Shown here: positions 1 to 13,249 of the stretch, piece by piece
Layout of the letters: each line of letters starts with the position of its first letter
Numbering within the stretch: the stretch's first letter is position 1
From: Eukaryota sp. TZLM1-RC
Lineage: Eukaryota > Protista > Metamonada: BaSk clade
Assembly: GCA_040285825.1 (NCBI GenBank)
Contig: JAUPSS010000002.1
Span: forward strand, 620,001-684,000
Direction: 5' to 3'
Length of the DNA: 64,000 bases
The notes under the pieces: model-generated
What the model was told of the DNA's origin: nothing
What the model saw: the letters and a program-made list of their open reading frames with translations, nothing else
Databases searched by the model: none
Position numbers and translations under genes: made by a program

Positions 1-1836
1 AACTAATGGGACGACTATCATTGAACCAAGATTTCCTCTACAAAATCTTGATCTGCTTGCTGTCTGGCTAAAGCTTCTCTTATTCGATTGAAAAACCGAG
101 GTAATCTATTAATAATGGCAAATTGAATCCGTGAACGCCATAAAAAAATATCAAATCTTTTCATTGTTTTTTCTTGCACCATTTTTTGGAAGTCATCCAA
201 AAAAGTTTCTGCTTCAACTGATAATCTTCCATTTATCGAAAAAGGGAAAGCAATAAAAACCAACTGTGTATTTCTATCGACATTAGCCTCTTCAATATCT
301 TTATCATATTTTCTATGTTTCTCTTTTGCTTTAAAATCTAGAGCAGCCACAGGATTAAGTTTTCTTCTGTGAACCAAAGTATCATTTGCAACATTACATG
401 AGACAAAATCTACAATAGCTTCAGAATTATCAATCCAATCACAGTATACATCATCTCTATCATCAGAACCAAAATTATTCAGAGAAAGTGTTTCCTTCAG
501 CAGGGGCTCTTTGATACACGATATCCTTGCAGTTTGTGCCATATTGAAAACAGTGTCTCTAACAGCATCATGTAATGAAGAACGATAAGTTATCAATTTA
601 GAGCAATTCAGAGCATGGCGCAAAGTGAGTTGAGGTGAATTCGAACAAATACATTTTTCTTTTGATAATAATTGATTAATGGGGATGTTCAAATATAATC
701 TCATTTTTGTTACAAATGCTTCATTAGTGGCACACAATCCAAATCTTCGTGGTACAATGGTTACAAAAAGTGAAGAATCTGACGACTTGTTTTCACAAAC
801 ACCCTTTTCCAATAACAATGAGTGAAGATCTTGATTTAGAACAGCCGAGCTGCATATATTATTATAAAGATCTTTTTCATACATTCCAGTCAATCGTTTC
901 TGTAATGTTCGAAGAGTGTACTTCAAATTTAAAACATTTTTTTCTGGAATATTGCCATTGAATGATTGGGGAAAACATCGACCCCATTTTTTTACAGCAA
1001 TTTTTGAAATTTCTTCATTTAATGCAAAAACAGTGGAACTTTGCGTTGTCATCAATAAATCTTCCCAATCTGCAAATCTTTCGGAAAACTCAAAGATTGC
1101 ATTTCTGCATCCACCAACAAAAGCACACGAGGTAAGAATAGAAGCCTTCGTCCACCCTAAACCGCCATAATGTGGACTAAGGTAAGCATGATCTGGAATT
1201 TGAAACATTTTACATCCCAGTAATGGAGACAGAACTTTTGCACGTAACTCATTAAACTTCTGAGCCAAAGGTCTAGTGACGAGAGGATTTGTAGATCGAA
1301 ATATATGATTAAAATTGGAACTAAAACACAGTCTTATAATGGTAAATTTGATGTGTTTTTTTATATCCAAATTCATCATTCTGTCAATTTTGTCAGAAAT
1401 TGAGTTTCAACTTTTCAAACAATTTTTTGGTAATTTCATCATTATTTCCTAAAAACGAACCCAAATGACGAATAGCATCAATTGAATATAATTTGGCTAG
1501 AATTTCAATACCATCAACTATTGTGGAAACTGGGAAATTCGATAACAAAACACATTTAAGTAAATTAAGTCGGAGACCAATTTTGGTAAATAATTCTTTA
1601 AAACATACAGTTGCTTGTTTCACAATATTTAAATCACCAATAAGCACAACATCATCCATATATGCAATCATTTTTAGTGAAGGAAACATCTCTTGAATTT
1701 GCAGTAAAATAGGATGAATGGCCAAACACAACAAAAGAGGTCCTAACGGATCTCCTTGCTTTACACCACTTGATGAACTCAAAATGTTATTACCAAAATG
1801 TAAATTAGAATATGTGCTATATGATGATTGAAAAGT
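1..1836 (-). mobile_element. CRE-like RLE non-LTR retrotransposon, family A copy 1 (5'-truncated, one frameshift near 1390)
   Basis: RT motifs GVKQGDPLGP and YMDD (1393-1782), then CxC..H...C knuckle, HDAVRD, R(D/G)DVY..AIVDF..KEKHRKY restriction-like endonuclease (18-1379); near-identical to copies at 4336, 9684, 25733 and 42267. Confidence 0.9.
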
Positions 1837-2201
1837 AAAAGTTGAAAACTAAGGCCCATTGATGTCGTAGGGAGAAACCAGACGTTGTTGGAAGATTTGG
1901 TTGGTAAAAAAAATAAACCAAAATGCAACCAAAGGAAAACCACAGTAAATTTTATTGAACAATTTTAGTGAACAACAGTTTTTTTGGACAATAGCTGGAA
2001 GCGCAGTGGCATGAGATAAGAAAGAGTGGTGATTAGACTAGTAGAAAGCAAAAACTAAAGCAGGGGGGATTATGAGGGGGATTAGAGTCAGGGTGGCTGG
2101 TGAGGGGGATTTTTATTTACCCTGAAAGACCACCATAATAATTTTTTTTATTTTCAACGCTAACAAAACATTAAAAAATACTAATAAAAAGAACAAAAAT
2201 A

Positions 2202-2365
2202 TTAGAACTCAATATCCTCAATTCACGCATCAACATCATCAAATCTCTTAAGTGCGCGATTTTCATACTCTATTCCTAACTTTAACAGTGCTTTGGTCAG
2301 CATTTCTGGAATTGCTTTAAGAATACTGAAACCTCTTCTATTGTGCCAAAAATTGATTCTTCCTC
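2202..2365 (-). mobile_element. 3' fragment of a CRE-like non-LTR element (same family as 45950-46733)
   Basis: Reverse complement aligns by eye to 46580-46733 (WHNR..F..L.AIP..LTKALL.LGIEYENRALKRFDD). Confidence 0.7.
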
Positions 2366-2609
2366 TGTGGTTTTCAAGTTCATCTATAGCTAAGATTCAA
2401 TATAGTTAAGATTCAAGTTTTCCAAGATCAAGTTTGTGGCCTGTTGAAACGCTAATTTGACAAATTTGGTTGTTAAAAACATTCACATCTGACACACAAT
2501 CTCAGTGCGTGTTTATGTATTGTATCGTTGCTGCTCTATTATCTATTAATTTTATTTAATTGAATTATGATTTTAATTGTTCTGTTTATATAATTTGAGA
2601 AAAATTTGA

Positions 2610-2756
2610 TCAAAAATACGTTGCACGCGCGTTTGTTAATGATGCGTTAACTTAATTTTTCGTTTCATCGATGCACGTTCAGACAAAAAATAATTGCGTT
2701 TCGTTGACGAGACGCAACGCCTTAGTGACGCACGTCGACTAAAACTGACAGCTCTA
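2610..2756. mobile_element. Possible single terminus of a hAT-like DNA transposon
   Basis: CpG-rich subterminal tract ending ACTGACAGCTCTA (TAGAGCTGTCAG on minus), resembling hAT TIR starts; partner end not found. Confidence 0.3.
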
Positions 2757-3122
2757 GTACCAATGGTGCCAATGTAACAAATTTGATTACTGAAAAAGAT
2801 GTTGATTTGTGTATTTCAAACTGTTTACACAGGTTGATAGGATGTTTTCCTTGATAAACAACATTGTTCGAAACACTGAAAATCGTGAAGATGAACATTT
2901 GTAATCGAATAAAACTATCATTAAGATGTTTAGGAATTTATTACTGACTCCAAAAACTGATGGTTTAAAACCAATGTTGACCTTTGAACAACAAAATCAA
3001 GATTTAGAAAAGTTAGTCCATAACCAATAGCAACCATAGATAATATGACTCCATACATGAACATTGACAATTATGGTGAAAATTCGTTGAGTCTAAATTT
3101 ACAACAAATAACATCTGGAAAA

Positions 3123-3578
3123 CTACATTAAGCAACACCCAGTATTTCCTACTAACTTAGTCTCTGCTAATTCTTCCGGTTTGGGGCAATAAACAAAGTG
3201 TACTGCCAGAGATCGATTATCTCCATCCGCGTATCCAGCTACTTTCAACAGAGGAGCTTCATAGAGGATATGTGAACAGTTACGTGTCAGAATAAGTTCA
3301 ACCTCTGTGGGATCGACTGTGGTACCGTTTTCATTTCTACATTTGGAGATGACATCATCTAGACTTAATGGCCTGGGAGACCTTTCAACGATACTTATGA
3401 TATACTCATCTGATAGGTTCGACGCTTGGCCGAATGAAGGTGAATTAAAATCGGTGCTAGATTGTAAAGCTTTACTACGGAAAGGTTTAGGTGAAAGAAG
3501 AGGTGCAGCTGATGTCTGACGGATCGCCAGTGGACTGCGCTTAACTGTGGACTTTCGATAAAATCGGGGACTGAACAT
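3123..3578 (-). CDS. Hypothetical 151-aa protein with C-terminal CaaX box (CCLM)
   Basis: Intact ATG ORF, higher GC than flanks, S/P-rich N-terminus, ends GCCLM*. Confidence 0.6.
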   Translation of the reverse strand: MFSPRFYRKSTVKRSPLAIRQTSAAPLLSPKPFRSKALQSSTDFNSPSFGQASNLSDEYIISIVERSPRPLSLDDVISKCRNENGTTVDPTEVELILTRNCSHILYEAPLLKVAGYADGDNRSLAVHFVYCPKPEELAETKLVGNTGCCLM

Positions 3579-3609
3579 TTAGTTTGATTTACTTTTTTTA
3601 AACAAATCA

Positions 3610-5825
3610 ATTTCATTGAAACTTAGTAAAATCAAATCAGAACTAATGGGACTAAATTCAATGAACCAAGATTTCATTTACAATATCCTGATCTGCTTGC
3701 TTTCTCTCCATTGCTTCTCTTATTCGATGACACAACGAGGTAATCTGTTAGTTATAGCGAATTGAATCCGAGAGGGCCATAAAAAAATATCAAATCTTTT
3801 CTTTGTTTTTTCTTGAACCAATTTTTGGAAATCATTCAAAAAATTCCTGCTTCTACTGATTGTCTTCCATTTATAGAAAATGGAAAAGCAATATAAACAA
3901 GTGGTCTATTTCTATCATTATTAGCTTTTTCCCTATCTTTGTCCTATTTACTATATTTTTCCTTGAATTCAAAAGCTTTTACAGGATTAAGTTTCCTTCT
4001 GTGAACCAAAGTATCATTTGCAACATTACAGGAGACAAAATCAACAACAGCTTCAGAGTTCTCAATCCAATCGTAGTAAGTGTCACCTCTATCATCAGAA
4101 CCAAAATTATTCAATGACAGTGTTTCTTTCAGCAGAGGCTCTTTGATACACGAGATTCTTGCAGTTCGTGTCATATCAAAAAAAGTGTCTCTAACAGCAT
4201 CATGTAATGAAGAACGATAGGTTATCAATTTCGAACAATTCAGCGCATGACGCAATATGAGCTGAAGTGAATTCGATAAAAAACATTTTTCTTTTGATAA
4301 TAATTGATTAATGGGAATATTCGAATATATTCCCAATGGGATGTAAAATGTTCCAAATTCCAGATCATGCTTACCTTAGTCCACATTATGGCGGTTTAGG
4401 GTGGACGAAGGCTTCTATTCTTACCTCGTGTGCTTTTGTTGGTGGATGCAGAAATGCAATCTTTGAGTTTTCCGAAAGATTTGCAGATTGGGAAGATTTA
4501 TTGATGACAACGCAAAGTTCCACTGTTTTTGCATTAAATGAAGAAATTTCAAAAATTGCTGTAAAAAAATGGGGTCGATGTTTTCCCCAATCATTCAATG
4601 GCAATATTCCAGAAAAAAATGTTTTAAATTTGAAGTACACTCTTCGAACATTACAGAAACGATTGACTGGAATGTATGAAAAAGATCTTTATAATAAAAT
4701 ATGCAGCTCGGCTGTTCTAAATCAAGATCTTCACTCATTGTTATTGGAAAAGGGTGTTTGTGAAAATAAGTCATCAGATTCTTCACTTTTTGTAACCATT
4801 GTACCACGAAGATTTGGATTGTGTGCCACTAATGAAGCATTTGTAACAAAAATGAGATTATATTTGAATATCCCCATTAATCAATTATTATCAAAAGAAA
4901 AATGTATTTGTTCGAATTCACCTCAACTCACTTTGCGCCATGCTCTAAATTGCTCTAAATTGATAACTTATCGTTCTTCATTACATGATGCTGTTAGAGA
5001 CACTGTTTTCAATATGGCACAAACTGCAAGAATATCGTGTATCAAAGAGCCCCTGCTGATGGAAACACTTTCTCTGAATAATTTTGGTTCTGATGATAGA
5101 GGTGATGTATACTGTGATTGGATTGACAATTCTGAAGCTATTGTTGACTTTGTCTCATGTAATGTTGCAAATGATACTTTGGTTCACAGAAGAAAACTTA
5201 ATCCTGTACCTGCTCTGGATTTTAAAGCAAAAGAGAAACATAGAAAATATGATAAAGATATTGAAGAGGCTAATGTCGATAGAAATACACAGCTGGTTTT
5301 TATTGCTTTCCCATTTTCGATAAATGGAAGATTATCAGTTGAAGCAGAAACTTTTTTGAATGACTTCCAAAAAATGGTGCAAGAAAAAACAATGAAAAGA
5401 TTTGATATTTTTATATGGCGTTCACGGATTCAATTTGCCATTATTAATAGATTACCACGGTTTTTCAATCGAATAAGAGAAGCTTTAGCTAGACAGCAAG
5501 CAGATCAAGATTTTGTAGAGGAAATCTTGGTTCAATGATAGTCGTCCCATTAGTTTTGAGTTAATTTAATTAAGTGTGCAAATTCAATAAATATAATATA
5601 TTCCCATTTTTGTTACAAACCCTCCATTATTGGCAGAAAGCCCAAACCTTTGTGGCACAAGGGTCAAAACAGTAAAGAATTTGATGATTTATTCTCACAT
5701 ACAGCTTTTTCCAATAACAATGAATAATCTTGATCTGAAACAGCGGAGCTGCATATAATTTTGAAAAGATCATCTTCTTACATTTTAGTTATTCGTTTTA
5801 GTAATGTTCGAAGCGTGTACTACAA
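3610..5825 (-). mobile_element. Older diverged CRE-like family A' copy, split by the insertion at 4336-5594
   Basis: 3610-4335 and 5607-5825 are collinear with copy 1 when joined across the duplicated AATATATTCCCA. Confidence 0.8.
4336..5594 (+). mobile_element. CRE-like family A copy 2, 5'-truncated, 12-bp TSD
   Basis: TSD AATATATTCCCA at 4324-4335 and 5595-5606; intact 400-aa C-terminal ORF 4336-5538; 3'UTR ends AATAAATAT. Confidence 0.9.
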
Positions 5826-7241
5826 TCAGATCATTTGCTATCAAAACGCTTGCCTTCAAACAAGTGTAAATCTTTTCTGATGATAATTTTTTTAATCCGG
5901 AATTTGAATTCAACGAGTTTTCTGCATAGTTTTGTTCAATAGAAGGGCAAATAGAACTGAAGAATTCCCAAAGAATATTACTGATATACTTTCCTGTACC
6001 TATGTGGAAAACTGTTTGAAAACAAAGGCAAATTCATTAGATTTAGACTGATGTATTTTTTGAGGGATTTTTGTCGAGGATGATCATTGTCTTGAGTTCA
6101 ACATCTCAAGCATCTATCGACAGTGTTTCCTTTTTTATTTTTTCTGAAAGAAAATCAACAAATGTTGCAAATTTTGTTTTTGGTAAAACAGTTTACAGTC
6201 TTTGTAACAATTTGTGGAGAATAAGTGCTTGTTTTATTTTCAAACTCGGCTTTCTTAATCAAATACCATTTGCATCCATTTTCAGAATTTGTTGCATTAT
6301 TGTTTTACAGATTAGGACAAGTTCGAGCATTATGTCCCGTCCCACGGCAATGTGAACAGTTATGAGAGCGTTTCTTGATCCTTGAACAACTTAATTTAGA
6401 AATGACTTTTGAATTGATTTTTCTCTTTACTCCATCTGAAAAGGAATTCATTGACCGAAGAACAAAAGAACAAAAATTTATTTATCCACTGTTTGTTAGA
6501 CAACATTGCAGTTGAGTAGACATTGCTGGAACGAAAATTTTCCAAAACTCCTCTCCACCATTAGGGAAATGGAAATGGAATCAATTTATGAGAATGTGGA
6601 CAATTTCTCCCTCCTGACGAAAATATCAACAAAATGAGAACAGAGGGTGCAAATCTTTTGAAAAAGAAAACTGATGAGCAAATGGATGAGAGGATTTCAG
6701 ATCAGAAAGTGTTTTTAGTTTCAATAGTTATTGGTAAGTTTGACCGTCATGTTTTCTTTTTGGAGAGTCAATTTTCACTTATATTGAGAATGAGTCCTCA
6801 AATCAGATTACCAGACATTGATATGGATATTCAGGCAGAAAAATGTTCTCTGACGAAAAAACCTTATTAATAATCATCAACCCCATTGTGTTCTTAATCA
6901 CAATTTAGTGCAGTTTGATTTACATGTTTTAAAAATAGATTAAATTATTTTGATTTATCATTTCCCACTGTTCGAGATGGTTCAACAATTGCTTATTCAA
7001 TCAACTTTCACCAAGAGGGAAAGAAGTTGTCATCAGGGAAAATGGCTTTTTTCTTTTAGATACTTTGGTTTTTGCCAAAAATTTATTAAAATACCCTACG
7101 ACATGGATTAGGCAATCTGGCATATAAAACGATAAATGAAAAGAAAATCAAACTTCATCAGGAATTTTCCCATATTTGGCCAATTGATTTTTTAGCTACT
7201 TCTCCACTGAGACAAAATTCGATTCAATATGGGCTTCATTA

Positions 7242-8530
7242 TTGTGTCCTTTGTCTGAAACTTTGTGTGCTGTTTCAGAAGACAAATTTATATTATCATC
7301 TTATAAAACCATTCGAGCAACCGTCAACTCAATGGTTAAACATTCAAATGCGATACTCAAATCGAAAGAAACTGCATTAAATTTTCAACAATTACGTATT
7401 CACACCACATGTTGCTTAAAGCTGTATTTACAGTCCCGATTTGAACGTAATTTACTACTGCCACGAATATCTGCCAAATTATATGAATCATTAATGGCCG
7501 GAATTCGTTATATTTCAGCTGAGTATTATGAGCAAAAAATGGTAAAACCAAGAAGTGCATTTCCACAGGATTTTGAAGACTTTGTTTATGGTGAAGGAGA
7601 TTATACTTTAAGAACTACCTTTGAGCAACAAAAATTAAACGAAACATTGAGTTATCTTGATCACTTAAGATACAAGCCTGAACAGTTTCCACGATTTCCA
7701 ACTGATAAATTCAGTAGACCACCTGAGTATATGGTTCCAGTACTGTTTGCCAATTTTGAGAATAATTTGAAATTAGATTATGAAAAACATATTAATCGAT
7801 TTATTAATGTCTTTTTTGATAAACCAGATGTGGAAAATGTGTTATCAGAAATGCACAAGCTGAGTGGATACTCAACGCCATTATCTACAATTATTTCACT
7901 ATTTAGATTTAGGCTTCGTCAATTCAAAAACATGTTTTTAGTTGACAGAGATTGCTTGAGTTCTTTGTTTCATCATCCTGAAAATATTTCAGACCTTCTG
8001 AATGATGAATTTTTCGATTTATGTGAACAACATGATATAAGAAATAATGAACTTAGAGACATATTTGAAGGTCTTATTGAGCCATTTACTTGTCAAATTG
8101 AGAATTTGGTCACTGACGAGAATTTAGTTGACAACATATTTCCAGTGGATATACATTTTCTTGCAGACGCTGTTGAAAAAGATCCTCAAATATTCCTAAA
8201 ACCAGCAATTACAATTGCCCAGTATATCTTCAGTAGAGAGAAAAAACCTTATCATATTTCTCCTGTTTCAACCACTGTAGGCCCTGGATATTTTCCTATT
8301 GATACAGATACAATATGGACAATTAGTAGACAAACATTCATGGACGATTTGTTGCCTGATCAGAGATTAAAAATGGTCAATACACAAGCCCAAATTACGA
8401 AATTCAAACCACCTGAGCAATTTGACTTTTGGTCTAATATTCTCGATTTAAACCAACATTTTTTTTCATGGCATGCTATAATATTTTGATTTTTTCTCGA
8501 AACTGAGGTTGATTTGTTGCAATGTTTATT
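7242..8530 (+). pseudogene. Fanzor1-like N-terminal (REC/WED) region, RuvC part missing
   Basis: YKTIRATVNSM, LRIHTTCCLKLYL..LPRI, FENNLKLDY..HINRFIN, ISPVSTT..PGYFPIDT and FW motifs resemble Fanzor1 N-terminal halves; degenerate ET(D)G motif just after the stop. Confidence 0.65.
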
Positions 8531-9683
8531 CACAAAATTGCTATGATGTGCTTAGTTTCTACGAATTTTAGACAATACAATGTGCACTATAAAGGACCTT
8601 TCACTTGTCTTTATGCCAGAAAATTAACTTTATTCATTCAAAAATCACTTGTATGGGTTATAAATCACTACAGAACCCTACACCATCACTGATGTGAAAT
8701 AATTCAAGAACCTTCTCTCAAACTCAGTGCTGGGTTAAGTCAATAATCGACACATGTTGCTGCTCTTCTTTACTTTGATTCGAATAGTATAATTGAGAGT
8801 CGGTATGATACGAATAATGATTCATACACATTTATACACATTTATACTATTATTGCCTACTACTTAATGGAGCACAATGGGGTTACATCATTTGCAGTGA
8901 ATACGGATTCTTCATTCGTTTCAAACTCTCAACTTCAGTTCTTACTCACCACTTTCCATTTTTCTGGCAAAATCTGGTTTAAGCAGCAGCGACCTTTTAA
9001 TTTGAACAACTGCTTTTGAAGGCAAAGGATTTACTTTGTAGACTATACAAAGTAGTTCCCTTAAAAACCCAGAATCTGAAGATATAGCTGTTTCTGCTTT
9101 TTAGTCAGAAATTATAGACTTTACATCCTGTCAGGAAAGTAAAGAATAAATAAAGAAATTGATGGACCAAATTTGAACTAAATAACTGTTTTTTGATTCA
9201 ATTTTCATTAATCAGCATAAAATTTTATTAATAAAAAGAACAAGTTTTCCTACTAACAATCAACGTGAAATACTGAGCTTGCAACATTTTCAAGCCACCG
9301 CCCATTTTGTGTGTCTATCATTTATCTCCATCAGACAACCATATACGAGATTCTATAACAGAAAGGATGCGGTACGAGCAGTTGAGAGCTTGAAATGCTG
9401 ATTCTTTACAAATGGCTTTCATCTTAGACATTGAAATGAGTAATCTTTCCATCAATGAAATACAACTATTAGCAACTATTCCTCTTGCTGAAACTTCAAA
9501 AGGAAATGATTCAACCGAAAAATCTAAATTTGACAATAACAATTCAAGACTCTGGTAATTCGTACGTTTTAATGTATGTCTATTAGCTAAATATTGTAGT
9601 ATCGGTGATGATAACTCACAAATCAGTGCTGTCTTTTTTTTAATTCAGTCACATTTTTTGAGATAAGAATTGGACCAGGTCTA

Positions 9684-10361
9684 CCTCAACTCACTTTGCG
9701 CCATGCTCTGAATTGCTCTAAATTGATAACTTATCGTTCTTCATTACATGATGCTGTTAGAGACACTGTTTTCAATATGGCACAAACTGCAAGGATATCG
9801 TGTATCAAAGAGCCCCTGCTGAAGGAAACACTTTCTCTGAATAATTTTGGTTCTGATGATAGAGGTGATGTATACTGTGATTGGATTGATAATTCTGAAG
9901 CTATTGTTGACTTTGTCTCATGTAATGTTGCAAATGATACTTTGGTTCACAGAAGAAAACTTAATCCTGTACCTGCTCTGGATTTTAAAGCAAAAGAGAA
10001 ACATAGAAAATATGATAAGGATATTGAAGAGGCTAATGTCGATAGAAATACACAGCTGGTTTTTATTGCTTTCCCATTTTCGATAAATGGAAGATTATCA
10101 GTTGAAGCAGAAACTTTTTTGAATGGTTTCCAAAAAATGGTGCAAGAAAAAACAATGAAAAGATTTGATATATTTTTATGGCGTTCACGGCTTCAATTTG
10201 CCATTATTAATAGATTACCACGGTTTTTCAATCGAATAAGAGAAGCTTTAGCTAGACAGCAAGCAGATCAAGATTTTGTAGAGGAAATCTTGGTTCAATG
10301 ATAATCGTCCCATTAATATTGAGTTAATTTAATTAAGTGTGCAAATTCAATAAATACAATT
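9684..10361 (+). mobile_element. CRE-like family A copy 3, 5'-truncated, 10-bp TSD
   Basis: TSD ACCAGGTCTA at 9674-9683 and 10362-10371; ORF 9696-10301 nearly identical to copy 2. Confidence 0.9.
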
Positions 10362-10491
10362 ACCAGGTCTAAACTCTATCACAACAAAAGCAAAATCTAT
10401 TTAATGATTTTTGAGATCAAGCAACACAGCATACATTTCAATGATCTAGGAAAGGAACTAAGAGGTTATCAAAATTATTTAAAGATTGAAT

Positions 10492-13249
10492 TGTTGTACT
10501 GTGGACAACTGGTCTAGTATGCATCAGAGTTCACTAGTGATGGTCTTTATAAGGACAAGTGAGTTTAAATAAAAATTCTTTATGTTTACAGTTGTTATAT
10601 GTCTTTACCTTACAGCATCAATAATTGATGGCTAAGCCGGCCATATTGATAACAGTCCTTCCTTCGGGAAGAGTTTTCCTGATCAGGAAAATAATCCTTC
10701 ATTTTCGAAGAGTCCTTCCGTAAGGAAGAGTAATCTTTCCTCCAAGGAGAGAAGTTTTTCCCTCGAAAAAAGAGCGCCTCTTTGCAAGAGTGAGAGTAAC
10801 AACGGGGACCACACCTATGACCTTAATACTGTTTTCCCAAATGGGAAAAAACTCATACTTGGTGATTTAAACCCAGAGTCTCTTGTCAATCCTACTGAAG
10901 GTGAAAAAGAGGACGCTTCCAACAAGAATCTTTTTCCCTCCTAGCCCGACAAGACTCATAAAGAATTATTTTCTACGACTGTTACCTCCTCTCAATTGGG
11001 ACTATCAAATCCCTACGGTGGAAACGTTGACGGGGATGGTGAAAATGCTTTCGTAGGCGACCCATCCAACATCGACTGGACAAACACAGAATACCGCACT
11101 TCTCAAGAGTGGTACGGTCAAGAGATGAGAAAGCGAGTCGCCCACACCGTTAGAAAGTTCTTCCTCAGCATCATTGCGCAGCCGCCTGATGATATCAATG
11201 AGTGAAAGTGATGATGAATTCATGTTTGTAACTCTTTCAGTAGTCTCATACCCAAGAAGAATATTATCATCCATTTAATTGCCTGGGCAGAGTACTCCTA
11301 TTTCTTCGAACATACCCTTGGCTGCAGGCAGCTTTTCAGCACCTACAATTTCAAGAGATCCAAGAGAATTTTTATTTTTCAAACACCCAAAATAAGGCCA
11401 TTTCTCTGATAAATCAAGCCTTGAGTCCAACAAAATACCCAAAGATCAGTCGAATATCTGCCAAAGTGTTGTGGAACAAATTTATTGTGCAATTCAATAA
11501 CACAATAAGACGGTCAACTGCTATGCCAGAAACCGGTAGGAAGTTTTCTGTTGTTTTTTCTGCTAGGAAGTTCCTAGAGGTAATCGACAAGAAAACTAAC
11601 GATCAATTAATTAATACCTAGGGATTTAGTTCGATGAAGTTCCACATGTAGTAGGGACGTTAGCAAGTTAAAAGATTGCAATGTATGTTTATATACGAAT
11701 CTTTATGCAAAAATTTAAAGAAGTTGAAAACCAGGAGTTATCAACTGTGAAAATATAATTTGGTAACAAACCTTCGTTTAGAAGACCAATCCAGTCAAGA
11801 GGTTCCTCAAGAGGCCTCTAAGAATCTAGGGGCAGTGCTCAACACAAAAACCAGCCCAAATAAACATCTTCTGGGCAATGGTGTAGTATCTGTAATACAG
11901 ATAGATAAGATGAAAAAATATTTCTCAGTTTTAGGTAGACCTTGTAGCAAGAAACGAAGAGAAGGCCCAGAGGACAAATGTAAACATATTGGTAGTAATA
12001 AATCAGATGATTGTACAGCTTTAAATAACAATTTTACATATAATTCCATCAGTTTCATCTATAAAGTGAGCAAAACTGATTCGAATTGCCAACACCTAAA
12101 TCCATTGAAAAAATTTACAGCGTCGTACTTTATCCACAGCGTTAAACTATCCAGGGTGACAGGAGACAAAACATGTGCTAACGGGAAACTTCGGTTGCAC
12201 TGCTCAATTAACAACGTTGAAGTACAAGGCAAAATTGACAATAAAGTTGCATTTTCAGCATTATCAATGAGTTTAGCCTTCAAATATAGTATGACGGTAA
12301 ATGACAATAAAACCGTCGAATACCTGTCGACAAATGGTATCCGCTCCACAACTGTATAATGTACAAATGGTGTTCTTGCTTTAAATGTGGGTAACTCGGT
12401 TATTCAAGTGTTTTTAAGAATCGAACTCCAGTCACCCCTAATACCAATAATTTTTTGATCGGAAGAGACGTAATACAAAACTGGGGGCTACGCACGGAAT
12501 ACAATTTCAACATTAATTCGGATCGCGAACATTGCACCATCTCGAATGCTCAATGTGAGTTTGAAGGTAGAATTTGTCAACCAATTAGATTCATAGAACA
12601 ATTGAGTGATAAATCAGACTTATGTAATGATTTGGGACACTCCACATTCAGACCTAATTTATACGAGTTGTGCTGTAGAACATGCCTGGTTGACATTAAG
12701 GATGAGGAACGCCTGGTCGTATCAGTCGAAAAATACAGAGACGTGTTTAGTGTGATACCTCAGCCGGATGGAATTGATTGTCAGCGGATGACCATTTCAT
12801 TTTTTGACGAAAGCAGTGTCATCAAAAGGAAACCTCGAAGATTAAATCCAGAACAACAATGGGTCGAGGAAATTTCTAACTAATTGATTCGAAATGGATT
12901 ATAAAGTTCCTGATTGCACCGCAGTTTGGTATGGCGGCGAGACATGGCCTGTTCCAGTTGCTGATGTCATAACCACTGAGGCATACCAATCAGATTTGCG
13001 TACCCTTGGTCCTCACACTACCAGGAAACAAAAAATGAATTCCAAGTCCAAATTTAAGACTTATTCCCCTTCAGTTTATTCTCATAGTTTTCGTACGAGA
13101 TCTAAGAGAGAAAAATGGAAGTGTTGTATTGTTGACAATTAGTCTAGTATGTAATAAACTTCACTAGTGATGGCCTTTATAAGGCTCAGTGAGTTTAGAT
13201 AGATATTCTTTATCTTTACTGTTGTTATTTGTCTAACCTTTCAGCATCA
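10492..13249 (+). mobile_element. Internally deleted Ty3/gypsy-like LTR retrotransposon
   Basis: LTRs TGTTG...GCATCA at 10492-10620 and 13122-13249 (roughly 80-85% identical by eye), 4-bp TSD GAAT, PPT AAGAGAGAAAAATGGAAG; relics of protease (IGRD), RT start (YRDVF..KRKPRRL) and chromodomain-like CTAVWYGGET. Confidence 0.85.
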
